From: Candidatus Bathyarchaeota archaeon
Lineage (GTDB): Archaea; Thermoproteota; Bathyarchaeia; Bathyarchaeales; Bathyarchaeaceae
Length of the DNA: 64,000 bases
Assembly (NCBI GenBank): GCA_030608565.1
Contig: JAUWDY010000003.1
Location: 9,587 to 73,586 of the forward strand
Direction: 5' to 3'
The notes under the pieces: generated by a model
The model's database searches: none
What the model saw: the letters and a program-made list of their open reading frames with translations, nothing else
Told to the model about the DNA's origin: nothing
Shown here: positions 25,372-34,300 of the stretch, piece by piece
Layout: every line of letters starts with the position of its first letter
How positions within the stretch are numbered: position 1 is the first letter of the stretch
Made by a program: the position numbers and the translations under genes

Positions 25372-26415
25372 TCAGCAAACTTCACGTGTCTTTCTCTTCT
25401 TCTTTGAGAGTTTAACCAACAAATTCAAGGCATATGTCTCCTCATCTACAGGTTTAACATTCAGGTATCCGGCTTTTTCAGCACTTGAGAACAAATTTTC
25501 CCCTCTTTCTGTCCGGATAATTATGAATGTCCATCCATCTAAACCTAGACCCCCCGTTGAGATATCTGCGAGTTCAGAGCTGAAATCATCACAGAATCCA
25601 CAGCTTTCTCGACCATATTGCTTCGCTGTCACAAGAGGAACGGTTCTGATTTCAGTTTTTGTTTTAACCAGTAATTTTCCCTTAATGTTTATTTTTATCA
25701 CGTCATTCAGGTTAAGACCTAATGTATCACGGATGTGTTTCTCGGCAAGTCCTTCGTAGGTGAAACATTCTGAGCACATAAGTCCTATTAGAAACATTAG
25801 AGGTTTAGTATGCTTTTTCAAGCCACACATCTGCATTTTTCTGATTGCGCGGATTTGGCATGGCGTACCTACAAATGCTGTGCTTGTCTTTTTCTGTTTG
25901 ATTCCCTCTGTCAAGGCTAAGATATTAGGTGAATAGAAGTATCTTGTTCCGGCGCATTCCAAAATTTCTTCAAAGGTTGTGGCTAATCTTGGAGCTGGAT
26001 ATAGAGGTTTTTCTGGGCTGATTCCCGAAACGACTGCGCTGTCAATAAGCCCATTCTCTAGAGCGAATGACAGAAGTGCAGTAACGACGCCTCCATCCTG
26101 ACAAAGCTTCACGATTCTGTCATCCACTGCTCGAGCCACAACGAGTCGACGATAAACTCCGGACTCTTCCTCAGCTTTCCTTTCTCTGCCAAACACAAAA
26201 TCTTCCATCTTGGGCCACGACCACTCGTATTGGGGACAAACTTGTGCACAGATGCCACAGACTTGACATTCTTTCACCAAGTTAGGTCCTTCCTTCATGT
26301 ACTCTAAACAACTGAAAGGGCAGACAACCACACATGCACCACAACCAACGCATTTCCCAGATGCAACAACACTTGTTCCCAGGGTTTCTTCAAAACTTAC
26401 TTTATCAAAACTCAT
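25372..26415 (-). CDS. FrhB/FpoF-family F420-binding iron-sulfur flavoprotein (paralogue 2)
   Basis: The probable start is MSFDKV at 26415; the ORF is open to 26511. Motifs CVGCGACVVVCP, CQVCGICAQVCP, GGVVTALLSFALENGLIDSAVV, FVGTPCQIRAIRK and CGFCDDFSSELADISTGG are present. Confidence 0.8.
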   Translation of the reverse strand: MSFDKVSFEETLGTSVVASGKCVGCGACVVVCPFSCLEYMKEGPNLVKECQVCGICAQVCPQYEWSWPKMEDFVFGRERKAEEESGVYRRLVVARAVDDRIVKLCQDGGVVTALLSFALENGLIDSAVVSGISPEKPLYPAPRLATTFEEILECAGTRYFYSPNILALTEGIKQKKTSTAFVGTPCQIRAIRKMQMCGLKKHTKPLMFLIGLMCSECFTYEGLAEKHIRDTLGLNLNDVIKINIKGKLLVKTKTEIRTVPLVTAKQYGRESCGFCDDFSSELADISTGGLGLDGWTFIIIRTERGENLFSSAEKAGYLNVKPVDEETYALNLLVKLSKKKRKTREVC

Positions 26416-26549
26416 AGCTAATCTCTCATAGAAAAAATAACTTGAAACCCTAGAGTTTAAAACCTTTTGGAATAATCTAGCGTACATGAGAAATTGACCT
26501 TGAAAGAACAACCTATACCAATTTCAGGTAGCCCCCACAGGCACTAATT

Positions 26550-26557
26550 TTTTATAA
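26550..26557 (+). promoter_or_regulatory. TATA-box candidate (TTTTATAA) for mtd
   Basis: AT-rich box ending 37 nt upstream of the mtd ATG, in the divergent spacer shared with the frhB2 operon. Confidence 0.35.
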
Positions 26558-26593
26558 TCCCGGACAACCAATGTTCAAGCTAGGTGTCTTGAT

Positions 26594-27463
26594 ATGGACC
26601 AGGTTAAGATTGTGGTTTTCAAATGTGGCAATATCGCAACATCACCTTTATTTGAACTTCTCCTCGACGAACTTGCAGACCGTCAAGATATCAGAATCCG
26701 AACGGTGACCACGGGATCAAAGATGAGCGTTGAAGATGTTGAAGAAGCTCTGCCAAAAATCTTCGAATTCAACCCCAATCTTATAGTTTCTATATCTCCC
26801 AATCCGTCGATATCTGGACCAGCAAAGGTGAGAGAGAAGTTATCAAGCAGTGACATACCTAGTGTGGTTATTTCGGATGCCCCGGGAAAGCGCATTAAGA
26901 CCAAACTTGAAGAGCAAGGCTTAGGCTACATAATCATCACAGGCGATCCACTCATCGGAGCGAGAAGAGAGTTTCTAGACCCGATAGAAATGGCAATTTT
27001 CAACTCAAACATTATAAAAGTGCTTGCGATTACTGGCGCCTACAGGATAGCTCACCAAGAAATCGATAAATTGATACACGCGATCAAAAAGGGAGCAAGC
27101 CTATCTTTGCCCAAACTAATAATTGATGCCAACGCAATTCGAGACCGATCTGATTTTAAAAATCCCTACGCAAAAGCCAAAGCATTAGCTGCATACGAGT
27201 TAGCTGAAAAAATCGCCGAGATTAATCTCCAAGCATGCTTCGTAGAGAAAGAAAGCGAGAAATACATTCCCCTCGTCGCTTCAGCACACGAAATAGCTCA
27301 GACAGCTGCCAAACTAGCCGAAGAAGCTAGAGAAATCGAAAAGTACAATGATACATTGGTACGGAAACCCCACTCGAAAAAGGGGAACCTCAAAATCAAA
27401 ACAAAATTAATGCTTCCCCCAACTTCAGATGAAGAGTTCCACCGAAAATCGCCCAAGAAATAA
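26594..27463 (+). CDS. mtd: F420-dependent methylene-H4MPT dehydrogenase
   Basis: 289 aa. VKIVVFKCGNIATSPLFELLLDELADRQDI matches the Mtd N-terminus (..IKCGNIGTSP..DLLLDERADR..). Confidence 0.85.
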   Translation: MDQVKIVVFKCGNIATSPLFELLLDELADRQDIRIRTVTTGSKMSVEDVEEALPKIFEFNPNLIVSISPNPSISGPAKVREKLSSSDIPSVVISDAPGKRIKTKLEEQGLGYIIITGDPLIGARREFLDPIEMAIFNSNIIKVLAITGAYRIAHQEIDKLIHAIKKGASLSLPKLIIDANAIRDRSDFKNPYAKAKALAAYELAEKIAEINLQACFVEKESEKYIPLVASAHEIAQTAAKLAEEAREIEKYNDTLVRKPHSKKGNLKIKTKLMLPPTSDEEFHRKSPKK

Positions 27464-27550
27464 CTCTTTTTACTCGAAAGTGATTTAGCGAACGCGTACA
27501 CGACACTTAATAGGCATAGTTATTTCTTTGCAAAAGGGAAGTGACTTTTC

Positions 27551-28309
27551 ATGGACGTCATTCAAATAATCGGGATTGAACGCTTACCGATTGTGAAAAC
27601 AGGAGACGATTTAGCTGAACTCATCTGTAATGCCGCGGAGAGCCAAGGAGCTCGCATCCAAAACGGGGATATACTTGTAATCACACATGTTATTGTTTCT
27701 CGTGCTGAAGGAAGAATTGTGAACCTTGACGAAGTTGTGCCTTCTGAGTTTGCAAAAAGCATAGCAGAGCAGTATGGAAAGGACCCAACCTTGGTTGAGG
27801 CTGTTCTTCGAGAATCGAAAAGCATCAGACGCATGGGTGATGGAAAACTCATAACAGAAACCAAACACGGATTTATTTGCGCAAATTCCGGCATTGACAA
27901 ATCCAATGTACCCGGAGAAAGAAACGTGGCCTTGCTGCCAGAGGACCCTGACCGTTCTGCCGAGGAAATTCGAGAAAAAATAAGAAAGTTAACTGGTTGT
28001 AATGTTGCAGTTATTATTTCTGATACACACGGGCGCCCACTGCGAAAGGGTGAAATAAATGTGGCTATTGGGGTTGCCGGCATAAAGGCACTTAGAGACA
28101 GAAGAGGAGAAAGCGACTTATTTGGATACGTTTTAAGTGTGAAACAAACAGCAATCATCGATGAGCTTGCTTCGGCTGCTGAACTGGCAATAGGGCAGGC
28201 AAATGAAGGAATCCCAGCAGCTATAATCAGAGGATATGATTATCTGAAATCTGAAAATGCAAAGGCAACTGATTTGATCAGACCAAAGGAAGAAGATCTG
28301 TTCCTATAA
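27551..28309 (+). CDS. cofE: Coenzyme F420-0:L-glutamate ligase
   Basis: 252 aa. LPIVKTGDDLAELI...GDILVITHVIVSRAEGR...ITETKHGFICANSGIDKSNV...ISDTHGRPLRKG is the CofE pattern. Confidence 0.85.
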   Translation: MDVIQIIGIERLPIVKTGDDLAELICNAAESQGARIQNGDILVITHVIVSRAEGRIVNLDEVVPSEFAKSIAEQYGKDPTLVEAVLRESKSIRRMGDGKLITETKHGFICANSGIDKSNVPGERNVALLPEDPDRSAEEIREKIRKLTGCNVAVIISDTHGRPLRKGEINVAIGVAGIKALRDRRGESDLFGYVLSVKQTAIIDELASAAELAIGQANEGIPAAIIRGYDYLKSENAKATDLIRPKEEDLFL

Positions 28310-28475
28310 GATTACGTGCGTGAACATACCAGAAATGAAATGCATTTGTCTTTTGACGGTTTATCTTTAGCCAAAACGGTTGTGGAATAAGGCAGATAAC
28401 CTATCACGGTATGGCTAGAGCTTATGGAGCCAGCGAAGAGAAAATAGGAGCCGCATGATGCGTGCAGTTACTCTA

Positions 28476-28966
28476 CTATTTTTCGTACAGTTCTGCTATG
28501 TATTTTAGAGAGAATGGTTTCACTATGAGTTCAGGTCTGCTCGCGCTAATTATGAAGGTTGGCATCTCTTTTAGGTCAGGCTGCCAATCTAATCTAAGTC
28601 TGTCCATTAATCTTGAGAAGCAAGCGTAGTTTTTGTGCACTGATATCATAATAGCATCCATTCCTGAACCTTCACCATCTCCCGCAAAAATTATATTTGG
28701 CTGCTTCTTAGCCCATTCTCTTCCTTTTCTAATAATTCTGGAGTTCTTGCTGAAAATTTGAGCAAAGTGAACGCAATAATTTCGCAACCCATTTTTGTCA
28801 AGTCGGGTATTATGGTAAACTGTTGTATGACCCCATCCTTCACAAGCTTGTTTCGTGTTCTGCTTACAGTTGGTTGTGACGCTCCAAGAATCTTTCCTAA
28901 TTTCCTGTCACTCCTGCTGGAATCCTTCAGCAACTCAAAAAGAAGCTTCATCTTTATCTTCTTCAT
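28476..28966 (-). pseudogene. Lrp/AsnC-type HTH regulator split by one frameshift
   Basis: The N-terminal ORF (28691-28966) carries FELLKDSSRSDRKLGKILGASQPTVSRTRNKLVKDGVI. The C-terminal half continues in another frame (28476-28787). The junction lies at the AAAATTT run at 28753-28759. It may be an assembly error. Confidence 0.6.
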
Positions 28967-29393
28967 TCACAACACCCACTCAAACAGTTTATCCTGGGTT
29001 TGTCTTTGGTTTAAATTAATCTTGTGGTTTTGACACAATCTACTAATGGAAGAACCCTAAGAATGCCCTTCATGTTTTGCGAGAGTGAGAGAAAGGAGAG
29101 AGGCATTCAAAAGGGTCCTCTCATAGTATCATCATGCATATGGGTGCATCAAGAATTTAAGACTTATGCAAGAGTGTTCTAGAATGTACTCATTGCTTCA
29201 TTTTCTCATTTCCAATTGCAACAATTATTTAGGAAGGACAGTTCTGTTGTTGCATACAAATTTTCGTTATAGACGAGGGTACTCTGGTATTACTGCGACT
29301 TTAGATTTGGCGGAAAAAATTTGGTGTGTATTTATCTGAAAAAGAGAGTTTGATCGGAGGCAGAATGGCGCGATTGGATGGGGCACCCCTAAA

Positions 29394-30386
29394 CTAGGAT
29401 GAAGGAGATGATGCAACCGCTAAAGGTGAGATTTTCTGAGCAGCTTTCTTGATTTTGGCTTCTGCAAGCAGTTTGGGAATTATTTCTACATAGTGAACCG
29501 ACATTATATGGCACCCTGCGCACAAGCCAGATTTTTTGAGTTCCTTGATGAAGGGAGCAAAGAACTTGATATTGATCCGATCGTATTTTTCCCGTTTTTC
29601 TGCCTTGGATATTGATTGTTGTTTCACCTGTTTGAATTTGTCCAAAAGTTCCTTCGGGACCTTAACGCCGGGAACAAACTTGTCGAATTCAGCTGCGACG
29701 CCATAACTTCTCATTGGAAAGATGCCAACTAACACGGGGACACTGAACATTCTGAACATTTTCAGGAACTCAATTGTCTTATCGATATCATAGCAAACTT
29801 GCGTTTGGACAAAATCTGCCCCGTTCTCCACTTTTCGAACAACCTTAAGTATCTCCGGCTCTATGGGATCAGCATTAGGATTAGCTGCTACACCAATGTT
29901 AAATTGAGGGCGCGGGCCTTCAATATCATTACCGTTAAGGTCCTTTCCCTCGTCAACCATTCTACGAACCATGCCGGTCAAGAGGGTAGCATCCAAGTCA
30001 AAAACCGGCTTAGCATTAGGCATATCACCTAGAAGGGTATGGTCTCCAGTCAATGTCAACACGTTCTTTATCCCTAGAACTGCAGCTCCCAATAAATCGC
30101 TTGTAAGTGCTATTCGGTTCCTGTCTGCACACCTTATCTGATATATGGTTTCCATTCCAGCTTCTTTCTGGACAACATGTGCAGAGACTAAACTAGCTAC
30201 TGCGGCGTAAGAGGAGGGGTTATCAGTAACATTGCATGCCGTAACATATCCTCTCAGAGACTTGGCTTCTGCTATTACACTGGATAAATCTGTTGTTTTT
30301 ACGGGTTCGAGTTCTCCAGTAAGAACGAATTTTCCTGATTGGATTTTTTTCATTAAATTCGAAAAGGCTTTCCTCAACTTTGTCAC
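29394..30386 (-). CDS. metF: MetF-like methylene-tetrahydrofolate/-H4MPT reductase, paralogue 2
   Basis: 330 aa. By eye it is roughly 55-60% identical to paralogue 1 (FVLTGELEPVKT...NVTDNP...LTLTGDHTLLGD...FVQTQVCY), with a longer C-terminus. Confidence 0.85.
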   Translation of the reverse strand: MTKLRKAFSNLMKKIQSGKFVLTGELEPVKTTDLSSVIAEAKSLRGYVTACNVTDNPSSYAAVASLVSAHVVQKEAGMETIYQIRCADRNRIALTSDLLGAAVLGIKNVLTLTGDHTLLGDMPNAKPVFDLDATLLTGMVRRMVDEGKDLNGNDIEGPRPQFNIGVAANPNADPIEPEILKVVRKVENGADFVQTQVCYDIDKTIEFLKMFRMFSVPVLVGIFPMRSYGVAAEFDKFVPGVKVPKELLDKFKQVKQQSISKAEKREKYDRINIKFFAPFIKELKKSGLCAGCHIMSVHYVEIIPKLLAEAKIKKAAQKISPLAVASSPSS

Positions 30387-30393
30387 CTAATAC

Positions 30394-31182
30394 TCATTTC
30401 ACCACGGGTGCATCTTGGGATTTGGCATTTTTCACTTGTTTTGCCTTTTCTTTTATCGCTTTAACTATATATTTTTCAGTTTCTTCTGGCCCCATCACAG
30501 TTGTTTCTCTTCCTATTCTGTGGCTAGGAATGGCATCTATCCCTCTTGGATACGCCTCCAATCCAAATTCACGTGGAGGCCTTACCTTTCTAAAGAGATC
30601 CATTCTTCCGAATTTCTTTAAACGCTGCCATATTAAGAACCACGCGCAATCGCGTACATAGCCTCCAACCTCGCATTTGCCATCGATCATGCCTCCGCAA
30701 GGCCCGTTCATCAGACCCTTTGCGCATCTGGTCACGGGGCAGATGCCAGCGGTTTCTCCAAGGTGACAATTTCCACATGCCCGGCATCGCTCATAGTAAA
30801 GACCTATGCGTTCAACTTTACCCAAAAAATGAGTGTTAAGTCCTGGGATGCAAGGTAATTCGGCTATCTCAGCTAGGGTTTGGACGCCTGCACCACACAT
30901 GAGACACAAAAAAGCATCTATATTTTTCCCTCTTCCTTGCCTCTGAATTTCCCGCCAATCCTTTCGAGCAATGCGTTCATCACAAGGAGCCTCTACCACA
31001 ACTGTGTCAACGAACCATTTTCCCCGAAGCTTGTCAGCCATTTCTCTAACTTGTGGTTCGCCTCCAGTTTGGACAGCAGTCGCGCATGTTCCACAACCAA
31101 CGATCATAATGTTGCTATAGGATTGAAGCGTTCTCATGATTTCTTCCAAAGGTTTCTGGGTTGTTATAATCATTCTTTCCAC
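30394..31182 (-). CDS. metV: MetV-like subunit, paralogue 2
   Basis: 262 aa. It has MIVGCGTCAT, MCGAGVQTLAE, RCRACGNCHLGETAGICPVTRCAKGLMNGPCGGMIDGKCEV..DCAW and a 35-aa acidic/lysine tail. Confidence 0.8.
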   Translation of the reverse strand: MERMIITTQKPLEEIMRTLQSYSNIMIVGCGTCATAVQTGGEPQVREMADKLRGKWFVDTVVVEAPCDERIARKDWREIQRQGRGKNIDAFLCLMCGAGVQTLAEIAELPCIPGLNTHFLGKVERIGLYYERCRACGNCHLGETAGICPVTRCAKGLMNGPCGGMIDGKCEVGGYVRDCAWFLIWQRLKKFGRMDLFRKVRPPREFGLEAYPRGIDAIPSHRIGRETTVMGPEETEKYIVKAIKEKAKQVKNAKSQDAPVVK

Positions 31183-31332
31183 GCCGTTTTGTTTTTCTCT
31201 AATTCACCTTCTCGGTGCCCTCCATACTCATGGAGAGAAGATACTGTGAAGGAAGTGAAAAAAACTCGTTGTGCGATATTAAGCTTTTGCATTATCAATC
31301 TACACCCCAAATTCTGGAGCCTAGTCTTTATA

Positions 31333-31342
31333 CTTTTATAAA
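31333..31342 (+). promoter_or_regulatory. TATA-box candidate (CTTTTATAAA) for the hdrA-like operon
   Basis: It ends about 55 nt upstream of the in-frame GTG at 31398, in the metV2/hdrA divergent spacer. Confidence 0.35.
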
Positions 31343-31397
31343 CTACGATATCATTACTACAATTCCACGCCATGGACCTACAGGAGAAAAAGCAGCT

Positions 31398-34300
31398 GTG
31401 ACAAACGACATTCTAGTCATAGGCGGAGGAATAGCAGGCATAACAGCTGCTCTAAACCTTGCAGAACAAGGTCATCAAGTCTATCTCATTGAAAAAGAAC
31501 CTTCCATCGGAGGACGAATGGCTCAACTTGACAAAACTTTTCCAACACTCGATTGCTCTATATGCATTCTAGCACCAAAGATGGTTGAGGTTTCTCGTCA
31601 TCCAAATATTCATCTTTTCACATGCTCAGAAGTCGAGAAAGTTGACCCGATAGACAAAGGAAAAACGTTTCGAGTAAAAGTAAAGAAGAGACCACGTTTC
31701 GTCAACGAAGAAAAATGTACTGGATGCAGGCTCTGCACAGAGAAATGTCCAGTTAAGATACCTAACGAATTCGAAGAAAAGCTGGGCAAGCGGAAAGCCA
31801 TCTATATGCCATTTCCGCAAGCGGTGCCTGCCACAGCTGTTATAGACGAGGAAAATTGCCTCTACTTCACTAAGGGTGTATGCAAAGTCTGCCAGAAATT
31901 CTGCCCAGCAGACGCCATAGATTTTGAACAGAAGGTTGAGGAAATTAAACTGGAAGTAGCAGCTATTGTTGTTGCCACGGGTTTTGATCTCCTTGATCCT
32001 TCCGTTTTGCCTCAGTATGGATACGGTAGATTCCCGAATGTATTAACTTCTCTTGAATATGAAAGGCTAATGAACGCAGCTGGCCCAACTAGTGGAAAAA
32101 TCCTCAAGGTATCAGACAAAAAGGAGCCGGAAAAACTTGCCTTTATTCAATGTATAGGCTCTAGAAATGAGAATGTAAAACCATACTGCTCCCAGATCTG
32201 TTGCACATATGCCACAAAAGAGGCAATCGTCACCAAGGAACATAATCCAAAGATAGACATAACAATCTTCTACAACGACCTTCGGGCATCAGGGAAAGGA
32301 CACCAAGAGTTTGTGAGAAGAGCAACAGACGAATTCGGCATAAAATATGTCAAAGGTCTACCCAGCGAAGTTCAACTTGACCTCAAAACAAACCGCCTCA
32401 AAATCAGATATGCTGACCTTCTGAAAGGTGAAGTAGAACCTACCCTGGTCGACATGGTTGTTTTATGTCCAGCTGTTGTCCCGAAGAGAGACAGTCAAGA
32501 ACTAGCAAAAACTTTAGGGATAGGCACAACAGAATACGGGTTTCTAAAGGCTGTGGGGACGTCAGCTCCAGTTGACACAGTCATCCCGGGAATCTATGTG
32601 TGCGGCGCTTGTGAAGGCCCAAAAGACATATCTCACACGGTGGCCCAAGCAAGTGCTGCTTCGACAACCGCTACATCTCGAACAGAACTAGTTCATGCCG
32701 AAACCAAGCGAATCAATGTTGAAGAAAAACCTGTGGGGAAAGAATCGCGTATTGGGGTTTTTGTCTGCAACTGTGGCATCAACATCGGCACCGTTGTAGA
32801 CGTGCCAAAGGTTGTTGAGTCTGCCAAAACCTTAGATGACGTAGTTCATGCCGAGGAACTCCTGTTTGCTTGCTCTAAGGATGCTCTTGAAAAGATCAAA
32901 GATGCCATTAGAGAGTATGAGTTAAACCGTGTTATCGTCGCCTCATGCACCCCAAGAACTCATGAACCCCTCTTTCGTGACACTTGCGAAGAGTCTGGCC
33001 TCAACCCATATCTCTTTGAGATGGTTAACATTCGAGAGCACGACTCATGGGTGCATCACAAACAGCCTAAAGAAGCCACAGAAAAAGCCAAAGACCTTGT
33101 TCGAATGGCAGTGGCCAAAGCAAAACTTCTGCGTCCCCTAAAACGACTAGAAGCTGATGTAACCCCATCCGTACTAATCATCGGTGGCGGAGTTTCCGGA
33201 TTAGTGGCAGCCAAGGCTGTTGCGGACAAGGGATTCAAGACATACATCGTTGAGAGAGAAAGCAAGCTTGGAGGAAGACGCATTGAAAGTTACGCCATTC
33301 CCTTCGAAGACCTCGATGCTAAGGTTCTGCTTGACCCCATCATCAACATGGTGGAAAACCACGAAAACATAGAAGTCTTCCTTTCCGCCCGACTGAAAGA
33401 GGTTAAGGGATCCATAGGCAATTTTGACGTGGCACTGCTTCAGAACGGCAAACCTGAAACATTAAGGGTTGGAGCGATAATCGTTGCCGTAGGAACAGAA
33501 GAACTGAGACCCAAAGGACTTTACGGCTACGGAAAAAATGACAACATCGTGACACTCTCAGAGCTTAGGCAACTGGCTAGACAGAAAAAGTTGACTGGCA
33601 AAGAAAAAATTGTCATGATTCTCTGTGTAGGCGTCCGAGAAAAAGAAGGACGAACTTACTGCAGCGCCACTTGCTGCGCTGAAGCTCTAGACTGTAGCCT
33701 AGAAATTAAGGAAAAATATCCCGAAATGCAGGTTTATGTTCTCTATCGAGATATACAGTTGCCATTAGAAGGCAGGAAATATTATCGCAAGGCTCATGAA
33801 AAGGGCATAAACTTCATACGATATGTTCCTGAAAAGCAACCTGAGGTAGCTTTTCAAGGAGAGAAGTCTATTGTTGAAGTTGACGATGTAGTGGCCGGAA
33901 TCAAGCTGAAAATTACAGCAGACAAAGTTGCTTTGGCGACACCTTTAATCCCCAGAGAAACCAATCAGGATCTCGCTCCTAAACTGAAAGTTCCGCTTAA
34001 CACGCAAGGCTTCTTCCTAGAAGCTCATCCAAAGCTGAGACCCTTAGATTTTGCTACTGACGGAATCTATCTTTGCGGAACCTGTCACAGTCCTCAAAAT
34101 CTTTCTGAATGCATATATCAAGCACTTGGAGCGGCATCAAGGGCTCTTATCCCCCTTATGAAAGGCAAAGTAATGAACGAACCCATGATTGCCGAAGTAA
34201 ATGCAGACCTCTGCGTAGCTTGTGCAAACTGCGAAGTAGTATGCGAATACGGAGCCATAAAAGTTGAAGGTTATGCAAAAGTTAACCCTCTTTTATGCAA

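Noticed and set aside
27562-28158. 198-aa minus-strand ORF (plus an 85-aa ORF at 27611-27868) opposite cofE
   Set aside because: It lies entirely antisense within a gene that has strong CofE family motifs. Its composition is Ser/Pro/Arg-rich and low in complexity, as is typical of shadow ORFs.
31215-31397. N-terminal 61 codons of the tracked 1206-aa hdrA ORF
   Set aside because: This part has no HdrA-like sequence and contains the TATA-like box (31333-31342). The in-frame GTG at 31398 has a GGAG RBS and places the GxGxxG fold at the N-terminus. The extension is probably untranslated promoter or UTR.
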